Assembly: GCA_030704615.1 (NCBI GenBank)
Contig: CM060734.1
Coordinates: forward strand, 57,660,001-57,724,000
Direction of reading: 5' to 3'
DNA: 64,000 bases
Source: Takakia lepidozioides
Lineage: Eukaryota; Plantae; Bryophyta
This document shows positions 1 to 11,787 of the stretch, piece after piece; the first letter of the stretch is position 1, and every line of letters starts with the position of its first letter. The position numbers were made by a program, and so were the translations under genes. Below the pieces are notes generated by a model. The model saw only the letters and a list, made by a program, of their open reading frames with translations. It was not told the origin of the DNA and made no database searches.

Positions 1-94
1 GGTCAATACTCTCAGGAAATGGTGGATGATCTGAGTAACTACACATATCAATGAATGAAGCAAGAAACTCGCATCTTTCCAAGAAAACATCCTT

Positions 95-2110
95 TCACCA
101 GTAATCCCCACAAGAACAAATCCCATCTTCAAAGTGGTGAAAGCGGTTAGCGTCCCGTAAAACAATTGCTCGGCCAACAATCTTTGAGATGAATTTGGTG
201 GAGGTGTGGCAGTCACCACACACTCGAAGATTCTTAATCAGACGGAGAGGCGTCCTAGGGGTCGTGCTGATCAGCCCAAAACCAATGGCCAGCTTCTCAC
301 TGTGGTGGCAAAGAGAAATTTCCTTTTCCTCCTCCCCGACATCATGCAATACAAAGCGCGTGTCAGGCACATACCCCGCCTCCTTCATCTGCCCAGACAA
401 TCTTCTCAGCTCAGCATGGATTTCCTTAATTCTGGGATGCAACTTGTCATCTCCAACGAAGGTGTGCACCCTGTTGCCAACCTCAATGCAGCAGCGACCT
501 GGCTCCTTTCTAACCCCTCTGACCTTCATCATTCTTCTCACCTTTGCAGTATCATCCCACCTGCCAGCTGCAGCATAGATGTTTGACAGCAACACATAAG
601 TCGCCGCATCCTGTTCATCCCACTTGAGGATAGATGTTGCCGCACGTTCAGCAATCTCCACATTGCCATGGATTCTGCAGGCACCAAGCAAGGCCTTCCA
701 CACCACAACATCTGGATTGATTGGCATCTTATTGATCAGATCCACTGCCTCATCCAGTTGTCCCGCACGTCCAAGAAGGTCCACCATACAGCCAAAGTGC
801 TTTACTGTTGGAGTGACACCATGATCTTGACTCAGGGAATCAAAGTAGCGTCTTCCTTCATTCAGAAGGCCAGTGTGGCTGCATGCAGAGAGAACACATA
901 TAAAGGTGACACTGTCCGGCTTCAGACCGTTCTTTTGCATTCCTTCAAATAGTTGCAGGACATCCCTATGACAACCATGCTGTGCATATCCTGCAATCAT
1001 CGCACTCCACGACACGAAATCTCGTTCAGCCATACTGCCGAACACTCCCTTCGCATCCTCCATGCATCCACATTTGGCATACATGTCCACCAGGGCATTG
1101 TTCAGAATGACATCGGGTACAATTCCAGCTCTGACGATGTCACCATGGACCTCTTTGCCCTTTTCCAGAGCTGCCAGGCTTGCACACGCATTGCAAATGC
1201 ACACAAACGTGATGTGGTTGGGCTTCACCCCTTCCCCCATCATTGTCTCATAGGTCTCCAAAGCCTCTGCCCCGCGTCCCTGCTGTGCATACCCTGCAAT
1301 CATCGCGTTCCACGACACCACATTTCGTTCAGCCATATTGTTGAACACTGCCTTCGCATCCTTAATGCACCCACATTTGGCATACATGTCCACAAGGGCA
1401 GTGTTCAGAAAGACATTTGGTACAATTCCAGCTTTGACGATGTCACCATGGACCTCTTTACCCTTTTCCAGGGCTCCCAGGCTTGCACACGCATTGCAAA
1501 CACAAACAAACGTGATCTGGTTGGGCTTCACCCCTTCGCGCGTCATTTGCTCATAGGTCTCCAAAGCATTCGTACCACACCCATGCTTGGTAAATCCTGC
1601 CAACATTATATTCCACGTGATCAAAGATCGTTCAGGCATTCTGTTGAACACTTGGTGAGCATCCATGATGCTCCCGCACTTAACATACATGTTGACAAGG
1701 GTGTTCAGTAGGAAAACATTTGGCGTGAATCCACTTTGGATAATGTGAGTGTGCACCTGCTTTCCAGCTTCCAGGCCTTTCATCTTGATGCACTTATGCA
1801 AGAGACAGACATACGTATCTGAATCTGCTGAAGTGCCTCCTTGGTTTAAAGTCTGTAGAGCCTCTTTCAGTCTGCCTGCCTCACAAAGCATCTTCACATG
1901 CCCAGAAGTGCCAGAAGAGGCATTGTGGACTCCCTCTTTTGATCCTCTTCCAGAAGCTGTGGTCATGGTTGAGGTGCCTGATTTTATCAACTGTGCCGCT
2001 ACAGCTGCTGCCTTTAGTTGACCATCTACCCATGCAGGTTTCTTGTAGCTATCGATCCACAGGGAATCATAGGTAATCTTGTGCTTGAAATCCAGCCCTC
2101 TTGGATGAAT
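95..2110 (-). CDS. Terminal exon: PLS-class PPR with DYW cytidine deaminase domain (organellar C-to-U editing factor type)
   Basis: ORF 95..2122: L-S-P triplets, P2-L2-S2, E1, E2, HSEK and CxxC zinc ligands, ending GDYW. AG acceptor at 2111-2112. Confidence 0.97.
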   Translation of the reverse strand: MHPRGLDFKHKITYDSLWIDSYKKPAWVDGQLKAAAVAAQLIKSGTSTMTTASGRGSKEGVHNASSGTSGHVKMLCEAGRLKEALQTLNQGGTSADSDTYVCLLHKCIKMKGLEAGKQVHTHIIQSGFTPNVFLLNTLVNMYVKCGSIMDAHQVFNRMPERSLITWNIMLAGFTKHGCGTNALETYEQMTREGVKPNQITFVCVCNACASLGALEKGKEVHGDIVKAGIVPNVFLNTALVDMYAKCGCIKDAKAVFNNMAERNVVSWNAMIAGYAQQGRGAEALETYETMMGEGVKPNHITFVCICNACASLAALEKGKEVHGDIVRAGIVPDVILNNALVDMYAKCGCMEDAKGVFGSMAERDFVSWSAMIAGYAQHGCHRDVLQLFEGMQKNGLKPDSVTFICVLSACSHTGLLNEGRRYFDSLSQDHGVTPTVKHFGCMVDLLGRAGQLDEAVDLINKMPINPDVVVWKALLGACRIHGNVEIAERAATSILKWDEQDAATYVLLSNIYAAAGRWDDTAKVRRMMKVRGVRKEPGRCCIEVGNRVHTFVGDDKLHPRIKEIHAELRRLSGQMKEAGYVPDTRFVLHDVGEEEKEISLCHHSEKLAIGFGLISTTPRTPLRLIKNLRVCGDCHTSTKFISKIVGRAIVLRDANRFHHFEDGICSCGDYW

Positions 2111-4090
2111 CTGGACCCACACCCTATCCCTGCTCCTTCAGCTATCCATGCCTCTGCACAAATCATGCATTCATCCTTGCCTTGCTGCTAGCAGCTGACA
2201 ATAACAGCCTAGATTTGTTCTAGGAAACACCCAACTCAGCTTATCACACTAGTTCCTATGCTGAATTGCGTCTGCTACTCTCTGTAATCTAACAGGCATT
2301 CACCTTTTTGCCTCGGTGGTCCCACCATTGACTGGGGTCAGAAAAGTATTCATTCCACAGCTTCTCCTCATCTCTGTTACCTGTTTTTGGATACTTTCCT
2401 GCGGTCACATTGGCAGTATCATGTCAAAGTCGCTCCAAATTAGATTCACTCAACCAGCTAACTTGCAGAATTCAACATGGAAATTTAGGGCCGATTCTGA
2501 TAAGAGGGAACAACAGGGTGAAATGTGTTGAAGAAGGTGCCTTCATTAGCAGTGCCTGATTTTATCAATTGTGCCACTGCTGCTGCGGCTGCCAGTTGAC
2601 CATCTACCCATGCAGGTTTCTTGTAGCTATCCGTCCACAGGGAATCATAGGTAATCTTGAGCTTGAAATCCAGCCCTCTTGGATGAATCTGGACCCAAAC
2701 TCTATCCCTGCTCCTTCAGCTATCCATGCTCTGCACAAATCATGCATACATCCTTGCCTTGCTGCTAGCAGCTCACAATGACAGCCTAGATTTGTTCTAG
2801 CAAACACTGCAATCCTACTTATCACACTAGTTCCTATGCTGACTTGCGCTTCCAACAGGCATTCACCTTTTTGCCTCGATTGTTCCACCCTTGACTGCGG
2901 TCGGAAACATATTCATTCCAGAGCTTCTCCTTGTCTCCGTTATCTGTTTTTCGATACTTTCCTGTTGCCTCAATGGCAGTGACATGTCAAAATCACTCCA
3001 AAACCACCATAGATCTACTAACGAGCTAACTTGCAGAATTCAACCTGAAAATTTAGGGACGACTCTGATAACAAGGGAAAAACAGGCTGAAATGTGTTGA
3101 AGAAGGTGCCTTCATTAGCAGTGCCTGCTTCTATCAATTGTGCTGCTGCCGCTGCTGTTTCCAGTTGACCATCTACCCACGCAGGTTTCTTGTAGCTATT
3201 GATCCACAGGGAATCAGAAGTAATTTTGTGTTTGAAATCCGGCCCTCTTGGATGAATCTGGACCTCTATCCCTAGACCTTCAGCTATCCCTGCATGTGTA
3301 CAAATCAGGAATACATCTTCAGCCATGCTGCTAGCAGCTGACACTAACCGCGTGAAGTTCTTCCAGCAAACACCCGAACCCTACTTATTACAGTAGTTCC
3401 AATTCTGAATTGCATCTGCTTCTCTCTGTAATCCAACCGGCATTCACCTTTTTGTCTCCATTGTCCCACCATTGACTGGGGTCGGAAAAGTGTTCATTCC
3501 AAAGCTTCTCCTCATCTCTGTTATCTGTTTTTGGATACTTTCCTGCTGCCACATGGGCAGTAACTTGTCAAAGTCACTCCAAACCACAACAGATCCACCC
3601 AACGAGCTAACTTGCAGAATTCAATATGCAAATTCAGGGCCGAGTCTGATGAGAGGGCAAAACAGGCTGAAATAGGTCGAAGAAGAAGGTGCCCTCACCA
3701 CATTGTCCTTCACCTTGTATCACGACCCAGGGAGGATTTGACCGACCATCAACCCAAAAGGACCTCTTGTGTGTGTTGATTGTGTCTGTAGTCAGGTAAT
3801 CTCGGACTGGTCTGTGAGAACCACCACGGTGCAGCTGAGCAGGCAGAGATTGAAACACGGCCTGCTAAGACCAAGCTGACTCTCCCAAGAACCTTGCAAA
3901 CATCAGGAAGAATACCAAATCATGGTACTAACAGGAGCCAAGAGCCCACATTTGCAGGATGGACAAACTTCTTCACATCGTACGTTAGGAAAAAGCCACA
4001 CCTTGCGATTGCGGTTGTCCCACCATCGGGAAGGATCTTCAAGAAACTCGTGCCAGCTCTGCTCCGTGCTCCAAGGTAGAGGTTTGTGCT
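95..4090 (-). CDS. Multi-exon PDF-motif + PLS-PPR-E1-E2-DYW protein. Predicted exons: ~4090-4002 (5' limit uncertain), 3834 or 3811-3693, 3542-3448, 3257-3110, 2961-2867, 2688-2541, 2398-2304, 2110-95
   Basis: The terminal exon has 11 PLS repeats, E1/E2, a PG box (KEPG), HSEKLA, CGDCH and a C-terminal DYW. The upstream exons encode LWNExFSDPSQWWDxRxKK|IHPRG(P/L)DFKHKITxDSLWIxSYKKPAWVDGQL, matching the OSB PDF motif. Splice sites are phase-compatible from 3542 downward. The 5'-most part shows apparent frameshifts. Confidence 0.85.
1974..3692. repeat. Tandem triplication of a ~575-bp unit (about 1974-2551, 2552-3120, 3121-3692); each unit is two exons plus two introns
   Basis: Each unit starts gtgcctg...atcaa and contains gaagaaggtgcc. 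Exon lengths are invariant while intron lengths vary. Confidence 0.95.
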
Positions 4091-4419
4091 CGAAAATCCG
4101 ACAGCATCAACATTTTGACAAGGTCCTTTACTGAGGTGTGCTAGTGAGCTTTCAACAACATTCATGCAAGTTGTTTTGGGCTCCATTGGGCTCCACACGA
4201 TGAGGAACAACGAACATGTCCAGACTTACACAGATGCTAACGCAGCTTATGTTTGCAGTCTGGAGATTGTAGAGTGGCCTCTGAAAACGACCAGGGAGGA
4301 AGGCGCTGAGCAGCCAGAGTCTTCTAGCCTGGGTCTTGGCATTTAAGTTTTTCTCACGTTCTATTGTTCGTTGAGTGGGGGTGTTGGAAATCAACTCCTT
4401 ACCAGTCTACGTGTTGGAG

Positions 4420-4641
4420 AACCCAACAAGCGACATCGCAGGAACAATAAGTGAGAACACTTTGGAGGGCGATACTGACCAAGGAGATGGTCTGGCAGTA
4501 ACAGTGACGAGCAGAAAATGCAGTAACACCCAGTAATCCATAACTAGAATGAAGGACTAGCAGAAGCCCCTGTAACCCTAACCCTAATAAGGAGAAGGAA
4601 CGAGTCTTCTTGGGTGCAGGGCTCTTCCTCCCCTTTCTCTT
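4420..4641. repeat. ~220-bp segment (probable promoter/5' leader of the PDF-PPR gene, with aaccctaa telo-box), duplicated at ~12985-13220
   Basis: Shared gagaacactttggagggc...aatccataactagaatgaagga...ataaggagaaggaacgagtctt in both copies. Confidence 0.9.
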
Positions 4642-4644
4642 AAA

Positions 4645-6870
4645 TTTTTTTTTTTTTTTTTTTTTTTCGCAAGACGGACTCTGGCCTCGGAAACTTTATA
4701 TCAGAGGGGACAAAATGCCCAGGGGAATACAGGAGGAAAAAATAACCTCACTAAAGGGTGCCATAGAGGCTGACCCAGGAAGGCAACTGCTTCGTCACCA
4801 AGACCTTAGTAGACACGAAAGACAGGGAGGTGCAAGGATGTCCAGCCTGCTACGTGAAAGAGAGCTGAGCAGTTTAATAACTATCACGCTTTCTCTTGTA
4901 GGTTTGAAAGGAGAGCTGCGTTCTAGATCTAGTCTTCCTAAGTGGTCCGCAGCGATGTCTCCAATTCACTTCAGATTCTTCCCCATCAACCGGGGAGGGG
5001 AGAGCACTATAGGAGCTCCCAGATCGCAGGGATGGAGTCGTTCCAGCGAACTCCCGAGGATGGGTCTCTAGTGCAGATGATCTCTCCCTTGCCCCACGAT
5101 TCGTCAAACTTAGAGAGTAGTTGGTCCCCTCGCCTGCTGCTACACCTGCTAACAGCTTCCCTCAACACCCGCCAAGCCTTGCGGGCCTCAGACATCAAGT
5201 CTGAGTGAACCAGACACAAAATGACTCTCACGGTACTCGGTCTCCCATCAAAGAATCGCTTGCATCTCGCTTTCCAGATGTGCCACAAGGTTAGAGCTCT
5301 GAGAGCAGCCCAAACCGGGCACTGAGACCACAATCCTCCCTGAGAATAATTAAGAAGCAGAATGGAATCACAAGGCAAGACCAGCAACTTCCACTGCCAG
5401 TAGAAGGCACAAACATGAAGCCAAACCGCGTTGGCCAGAGGGCAGGAAACCAGGCAGTGGTCAATGGTTTCGGCAGCCTGCAAATTACAATGCCCACACT
5501 CCATAGAGCCATCCTGAAAATGAGCACGGACAGGGAGAATCCTGTTGACTAATTTCCACAAGAATCCAGCAATCTTAGAAGCCCTATCCTTACGCCAGAC
5601 ATCCTTCCAAACTGTAGTCCAAGAAGAAGGGCAGTCAGGAAGGTGTGCCCATTTGGACGACCATTTAGGGTCCATGAAGATGTCTGGCTTGAGAAGGCCT
5701 ACCCCTAACTTAACTGAATAATTGAAAAAGGGAGAAAGCTTCCTGTCCTTCCATACCCACTCTCCTGGGTCAAATTGGAGGAGCGTGATGGGGGCCTGAA
5801 GAAACCAGTGGAGGAAAAGGGTTAGTGTGCGCACCATTTTCCACCGATGGGCTTGTCTTCCCTGAAGCCATACAAAAAACACGTATGGCATAGCATTGGG
5901 GTTCAGGCAGCTCGCCAAGGGAAGGGGAGAAGAGGGAGCCAGAGGATGTAACACAATACTTCCATCCTAATAGCAAGGAGTCTGATCTAGCCACTGCAAA
6001 GAAAGCCGTTTTGCCCTCAGCTGAATCACATCCCACCCAAGCAGGCAACGTTCTAAGATTCACAGGGAATGAAGCCAGGGAGATCCATGATGGTGGGATG
6101 CTACCCGTCACCAGATCCCAGCCCGCCCGAGCTCTCCTGCAAGACAGGTGGGTCGTGGCCTCAGATCTGGCTAGCAACGAACCATTTTCCCAGATGTGCG
6201 AAAAGTGGGTGATGTTGGCAGCCTCCCAAGGGGCCCAACGACTAGAACACTTTGCCAGAATGGTGCAGTCTCTACCATGATTGCCGAAAAGAGGTTGTCT
6301 GGACACCTCTTCTGGGGTGGAAGGGCTCAACTGGCTGAGATGGGGACGAAGTCTGGTCCAGGCTGCCCATATAGATCTCCAAGGCAGAGATCCCACTTTT
6401 GTCTTAGAATTCAGAGACCCGCCTTGCACCACCCACTTAAGAGAGAGCGGCCATAAGTGCGAGGAAGAGGGGATGGCTCGGAGAATATGTTGCCTGACCA
6501 AAAAGCACCAAGGAGCATTCAGATTACTAAAGATCCGCGGAATCCATTTCGCGAGTAGAGCACATATCTGTGTATCTGGATCGAGGATCTCGAGGCCACC
6601 AAACCTTTTCTTTTGAGAGATCTGCGCCCAGCTGACCAGAGCCCGTCGGGTTGGTCTAGATGTTGTAGCACCCCAAATAAAGTTCCGAATAAGGGATTTT
6701 ATCTTCCTGATAACAACTGCTCCAGGAGACCACACCGAGGAGATGAACCTGCACGAAGCCAGGTGCATGGAGCTCCAGTAGGCCAGCTGCTTTTTAAGGT
6801 AAGCAAGAATGGAGTCGCTTCTTTGAGAGTCATCCAAATCATGGCCAACGTGATGCCCCAGAAGCACATG
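4645..6870 (-). mobile_element. 5'-truncated, frameshifted L1/Tx1-like LINE (ORF2 C-terminus with zf-RVT) with poly(A) tail
   Basis: KKRFGGLEILDP, FLWKLVNRILPV, CGHC..ETIDHCLVSC, TLWHIWKARC. Poly-T at 4645-4667 on the + strand. Confidence 0.92.
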
Positions 6871-6959
6871 GGGTTTTGTTTTTAAATAATAAGTAGGAAA
6901 AAGCAGAAAAAAACGAGAGCGAAACCCTGGCCGGGGATAATAACTTTATTTGGAAAACA

Positions 6960-9900
6960 AAAGTTTTCAAAGTTATTAACTTTACCTTCAATCCCCGCGA
7001 AACTGTTATTGCTGTGGAAAATCAGGGCACCGCAAGGCACAATGCCCGCAAGCCAAGAGGAACACAAAGCTCAACAATCATGCCGAGCCTGGAAGATCAT
7101 CACTTATTTAAAAGTCTGCTTCTGCCACTATTCGCCCCCATCAAATTCCCCTCAACCATCGACACAACTCCTTCATTCACCCTATCCCTCTGCAGGATGC
7201 TAGCCTGCATCCGGTCCAAGATCATTCCTATCAGCAATGGTATTCAGCGGTCAACCAGATTTCAACCTCCCCACCTGCTAAGAAAAGGAGACAAATCATC
7301 GACCCCATGATTGTGGAAGCTACCTCAGCATCGGCTTCTAAAGCACGGAAGGGCTTGGGATCACTCAACCCAAAATTCGAGGCGGCAAGTATCCAGGGCT
7401 CATCATATCAAACATTCTCAAAGCACATCTTCCAGCATCCCTTCCAGAGGCACCCACCCCCCTTCCAATACCCCAAATTATCTCTTGGGAATTAGAACAG
7501 GCAAAAGGCAAAGGGAAGGTATGCCCCAACATCCACATCAGGCCTCCAGTCGACCCGGCTCCAGCACAGCTTCCCCGTCCCTCCCCGGTGGCACACAACC
7601 CAACGATAGCGAAAATCTATGCTACTCTTGACTCCTTCCCTAACCTACCTGGCAGGTTGCTCATAGCTCACATCTAAAGGGGAGCCGGTTGCCACTTGCC
7701 TTACCCCATTGATCTTCAGAAGGAAGCCCAATCTGGCATTTCTTGTCACCGCTAGGGACAACATGAGCTTTGACTCTATTTGGATCTCACTGCACGACAT
7801 TCAATCCTTCCTATCCAAATGCCCTATGGACAGTTCCCCCATTCCCACCTTATGCAACAAAATTCATGCTTATCTCAAAAACAACCTCCCTCTCTACTCT
7901 CTTCTCCCTCACTCTTCGGTCACTTGGGGCTCTTACATAGAGGCCTTCCCTAGCTTGCGTCAGGACCTTTCTCCCAACACCAATATCTTGGCTCTAATGG
8001 ACGAGGATCTCCTAAGTTCCAGCGGTAACACTCTTCCAGAAGTCTGGGCTGAGCCTGATCACTTTGACGGTCCCTGCATCCCAAGCAAGGCCTTGACCAG
8101 AGCCAAAGACACCCTAGGCAATGCGTTCACTGTTCTCAATGCCCTCTTGGATTTGGAGTTTGAAGACCAGAATGACGAGATCGAATGAAGGCGCATTGAA
8201 GACTTCAACAAGCCTTCTTACGACCCCAAAGGCTCTTTGTCAACCTCCAGCTCCTCCGAACTGCAGATCTCACAATTCTTCACGCAGCATTCGCCGGTGG
8301 ATTCACAACAACCCTCAAAGCCCTACCTCCAGGTGTTGTGCTGCCTTCCCCGACACCTGCGTGGCCTTGTAAGTCCCCTACTGCCCTCTCAGTCCATTCC
8401 TCTCCTTTGTTTCTCTGCTTGGAAAGTACTGCCCTCGATCACCTACCCCCCGCCCCCACACCTGCTCTCCAAAATCCTGCAATCTGGTTCCACACCGCTT
8501 CCCTCTCCTGTATCGTTCAAAACCTCCCTCCAAAGCTCACTCAGGTTCATCCCCCTCGACAATGCAGGAAATCCCCTTACGAATCGAACTAGCACCCTAG
8601 TCCTATTTGTTAACATCATTCACCCCATCCCGCCCGATCCTCCAGGCCTCTCCTGGTGTCTTTCCCTCATCCCCTCGGACAAGATAACAAGGTTCCGCTT
8701 CCTACCATCCAGGCCATCATTTGAGTCTCAACCCCTTAGCCTGTCTCCATCCCTCGATGCAGGTTAGCATGTCTTCCTGGAATATCAGAGGCCTGGGCTC
8801 TAACCAAATGGCCCTGAAAAAAGTCAAGCTCTCGGCTTGGCTAGCCCCCCTCATCCCCTCTCAAGCAATAGTTTTTCTCCAAGAGCACAAGCTATGTCAC
8901 CGCAAAATCCTTAAGCTCACTAATCAATTATGGCCTAAGTCCTCAGCTCTCTGGAAACCTTCTTTGGAAGGGACGCGGGGCGGGACGGCCATCCTCCTCT
9001 CCCCATCCCTCTTCCAGGTTCCTAATCAAAGATGAGATTTGGGAAACCGGGAGAGCCCAATTCTGCTCCCTCCAGTTTCCCAATAGCACATAACCCATAG
9101 GCTTTATTAACATTTATGCTTCCAATGACTCTCTCGAAAGAGCTGCTCTCTGGAACAAGTTAACCATTCTCATGTCAAACCAATCAGACATCAGTAAATG
9201 GGTGATTGCAGGCGACTTCAATATGGTAGAGAATGAAAGGGACAGACTCGGTAGAGGTTCCAATCGCCTCAACCCGGAGGAGGAACTTTCATGGCTCACT
9301 CTAACCCAGACACACAGCCTCACCGAAATGGAAGGACCTCCCAACGACCCAGCTGGCTCCAATCCCTTCTTTACCTGGACAAACAACAGAGATTTCACTG
9401 ATCTTAGCATGGCCAGACTTGATAGATTCTACGCCTCTATTTCTCTATCCCATGTTGCCTTCTTAGACCCGCAGGACCCTATCCCCCTAGGTTTCGATCA
9501 CGCCCTCATCTCAGCTTCTCTTAAACTGCCTTTCTCCCATCCCAGAGGAGAAGGGATCTTCAGACTCAACTCTTCCCACCTCCGGTTATCCTCATTTACC
9601 GATGCTCTAAAGTCTGCCCGGCTATTAGCTGCAAATGACATCCCTTGTCATATTCAAAGATTCCAAGCCAAGCTAGCTGCCATTTGCAAAGTAAGTCAAG
9701 AGCTCAGTCGAGATTTGGCCGCTGCAAAGAAAAGGAAAACTCTGGCTCTCAAAAAGTGCCTCAAAAGAAGCTGGCCCTCCGGTTTCTGCGATGCCCACAC
9801 CTACCAATTCACCTACCTAGAAGCTCGGCACAACATGGATATCCACCTTATTCTTCAGGAACAAAAAATCAAGATGCAAGCGGGGATCAACTGGTCATCC

Positions 9901-11610
9901 AATGGAGAGAAAATGACCAAATACTTCTTCCAGAAGTTGAAGCTCCGTAGAGCAAGCCAGGCCATTTCGCAGCTTTACGCAGACATCCCAGGGGTCGCAT
10001 CATCCAACCCCAAACAGATGGGAGCCTCAACCTTCAACCACTTTGCTTCCTTGTGCCAGGCAGATCCTAGAGACGCTCTCTACCCTGTCAGGCTTGAGGA
10101 AATGCCTTCAAACTATCCCCACATCTATGCGACCAGCAGACTCGGCAAGTTTGGAGGAAGAACTCACCCTGAGGAGCTTCATATCGCCCTCAAAGCCATG
10201 AACAACAACGAAGCTCCTGGCATTGATGGGATGCCAGTGGAATTTTACAAATCCTTGTGGTCAACCATCGTCAAGGACTTTTCTGATATGGCAAACGCCA
10301 TCAAGGCCCAAGGCTTCATGCCTGCAGCAATGAATAAGGGGGTGATCACCCTGCTCTTCAAAAAAGAAGATAGAGCTAACCTCAACAACTATAGGCCAAT
10401 CACCCTTCTTAACGTGGCATATAAAATTATAGCTAAGGCCCTAGCCATCCGCATCCAACCCCTTCTCCCTTCAATGATTAGATCAGGTCAGGCAGGCTAC
10501 GTCAAAGGAAGATACATCCTCGACAATGTCCTGTTAGCTCAAGAAGCTAACATCTACGCATGCAAAACAGGGCAGTCATTGGCCCTCTGGCTCCTAGACT
10601 TCGAGAAAGCATTTGACAAAGTCGACTGGTCCTTCCTTATGGCCGTGCTCCACAAATCAGGCATCCCTCATGGCTTCTGCCAGTGGGTTCAGATTTTGCT
10701 GCAAGGGGCAACCAGCAGAGTCATGGTTGATGGGTATCTCTCCAAACCCTTCCCGCTCCAAAGGTCAGTAAGGCAGGGCTGCCCTCTGGCACCTTTTCTC
10801 TTCTTGTTTGTGGCAGACGCTCTCAGGCACATGTTATACAGCAACCCTCAGGTGAAAGGCCTAAAGCTTGAGACCCTAAGAACCAACACATGGAAGGAAG
10901 TCAAGGACTCAATGTTCATTGATGACACCTTCTTACTTCTCCAAGCCAACAACCCCTCGCTAGAAACCGCACAAGCCACGCTCAACCACTTCTGTAGTGT
11001 CTCTGGGTTCAGAATCAATTGGTCCAAAACCAAAGCCTTGTTACTAGGGGACCGCTCAAAATCTGACATTGGGACAGCTCCCACCTGGGGACAGCATTTG
11101 GGCCTGCATTGGCTTAAAGAAGGGGAGCCTACCACACTATTAGGGCACACATTTGGCATCAATCTCACTGAAGTACAAAGGATGGAGCCCACAATTCAAA
11201 AGATGAAGCGCCACCTGGCCTACTGGGGGTCGTGTCATCTATCTATCACAGGAAGAGCACTGGTAGCCAACCAGATTATTCTGGCAAGTATTTGGTGATT
11301 TGTTTCAACCTGGGGCCCTCAATCAAAATTCCTCAAGGAAATCAAAAAGTTGATTAGGAACTTTATCTGGGAAGCTGCTTCCTCCTCCCAAAACAAGATA
11401 CCTCAGGTGTCCTAGGCCCAAATCTGCCTGCCAAAAAGATGGGGGCTTAGGTGTACTTGACCCAGCTACGTAGATCAAGGCTCTCCTAGGAAAATGGATT
11501 CCTAGATTCAATGGGCCGGACGGAGGCTGCTGGAAGCTAATGGTCTCCACCACAATATCCTCCTCCACTCCTCTGCAACGTGTGCAATGGCCTGCCTCAA
11601 ACCGCTGGCT
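6960..11610 (+). mobile_element. Degenerate L1/Tx1-like LINE: probable ORF1 remnants, then ORF2 (APE endonuclease + reverse transcriptase), 3'-truncated
   Basis: SWNIRGL and FLQEHK (8770-8890), GDFN, RLDRFY, APGIDG, NYRPITLLN, DFEKAFD, VRQGCPLAP and a mutated FIDD catalytic motif. Stops/frameshifts near 9035 and 11298. The 5' boundary is approximate. Confidence 0.93.
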
Positions 11611-11787
11611 GGATAATTACCTCAGTCAATGTTTTGTGGATTTGTTGACATATGCATCAATCTAATAGAGTTGAATAGACTTAAATGACTTGAATGTTGG
11701 AATTTGCGCTCTTAAGCTAGGCCTGTTGTGAACCTCTTTCCTTGCAAACGTGACAATCCCAGATGTGGCACAAAATCAAGTGGATAG

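Noticed and set aside
95-520. U-to-C (DYW:KP-type) editing domain
   Set aside because: Both DYW domains have PG/AG-type boxes, HSEK and a terminal DYW, consistent with C-to-U enzymes.
189-2021. Long plus-strand ORFs overlapping the first PPR gene
   Set aside because: Antisense shadows of repetitive PPR codons; the same pattern occurs opposite 55900-58809.
2111-2122. GTG start proposed by the ORF track
   Set aside because: Lies within the predicted intron, just upstream of the AG acceptor.
2316-3675. Three similar plus-strand ORFs of ~70 aa
   Set aside because: Antisense to the PDF exons; no ATG starts or recognisable family.
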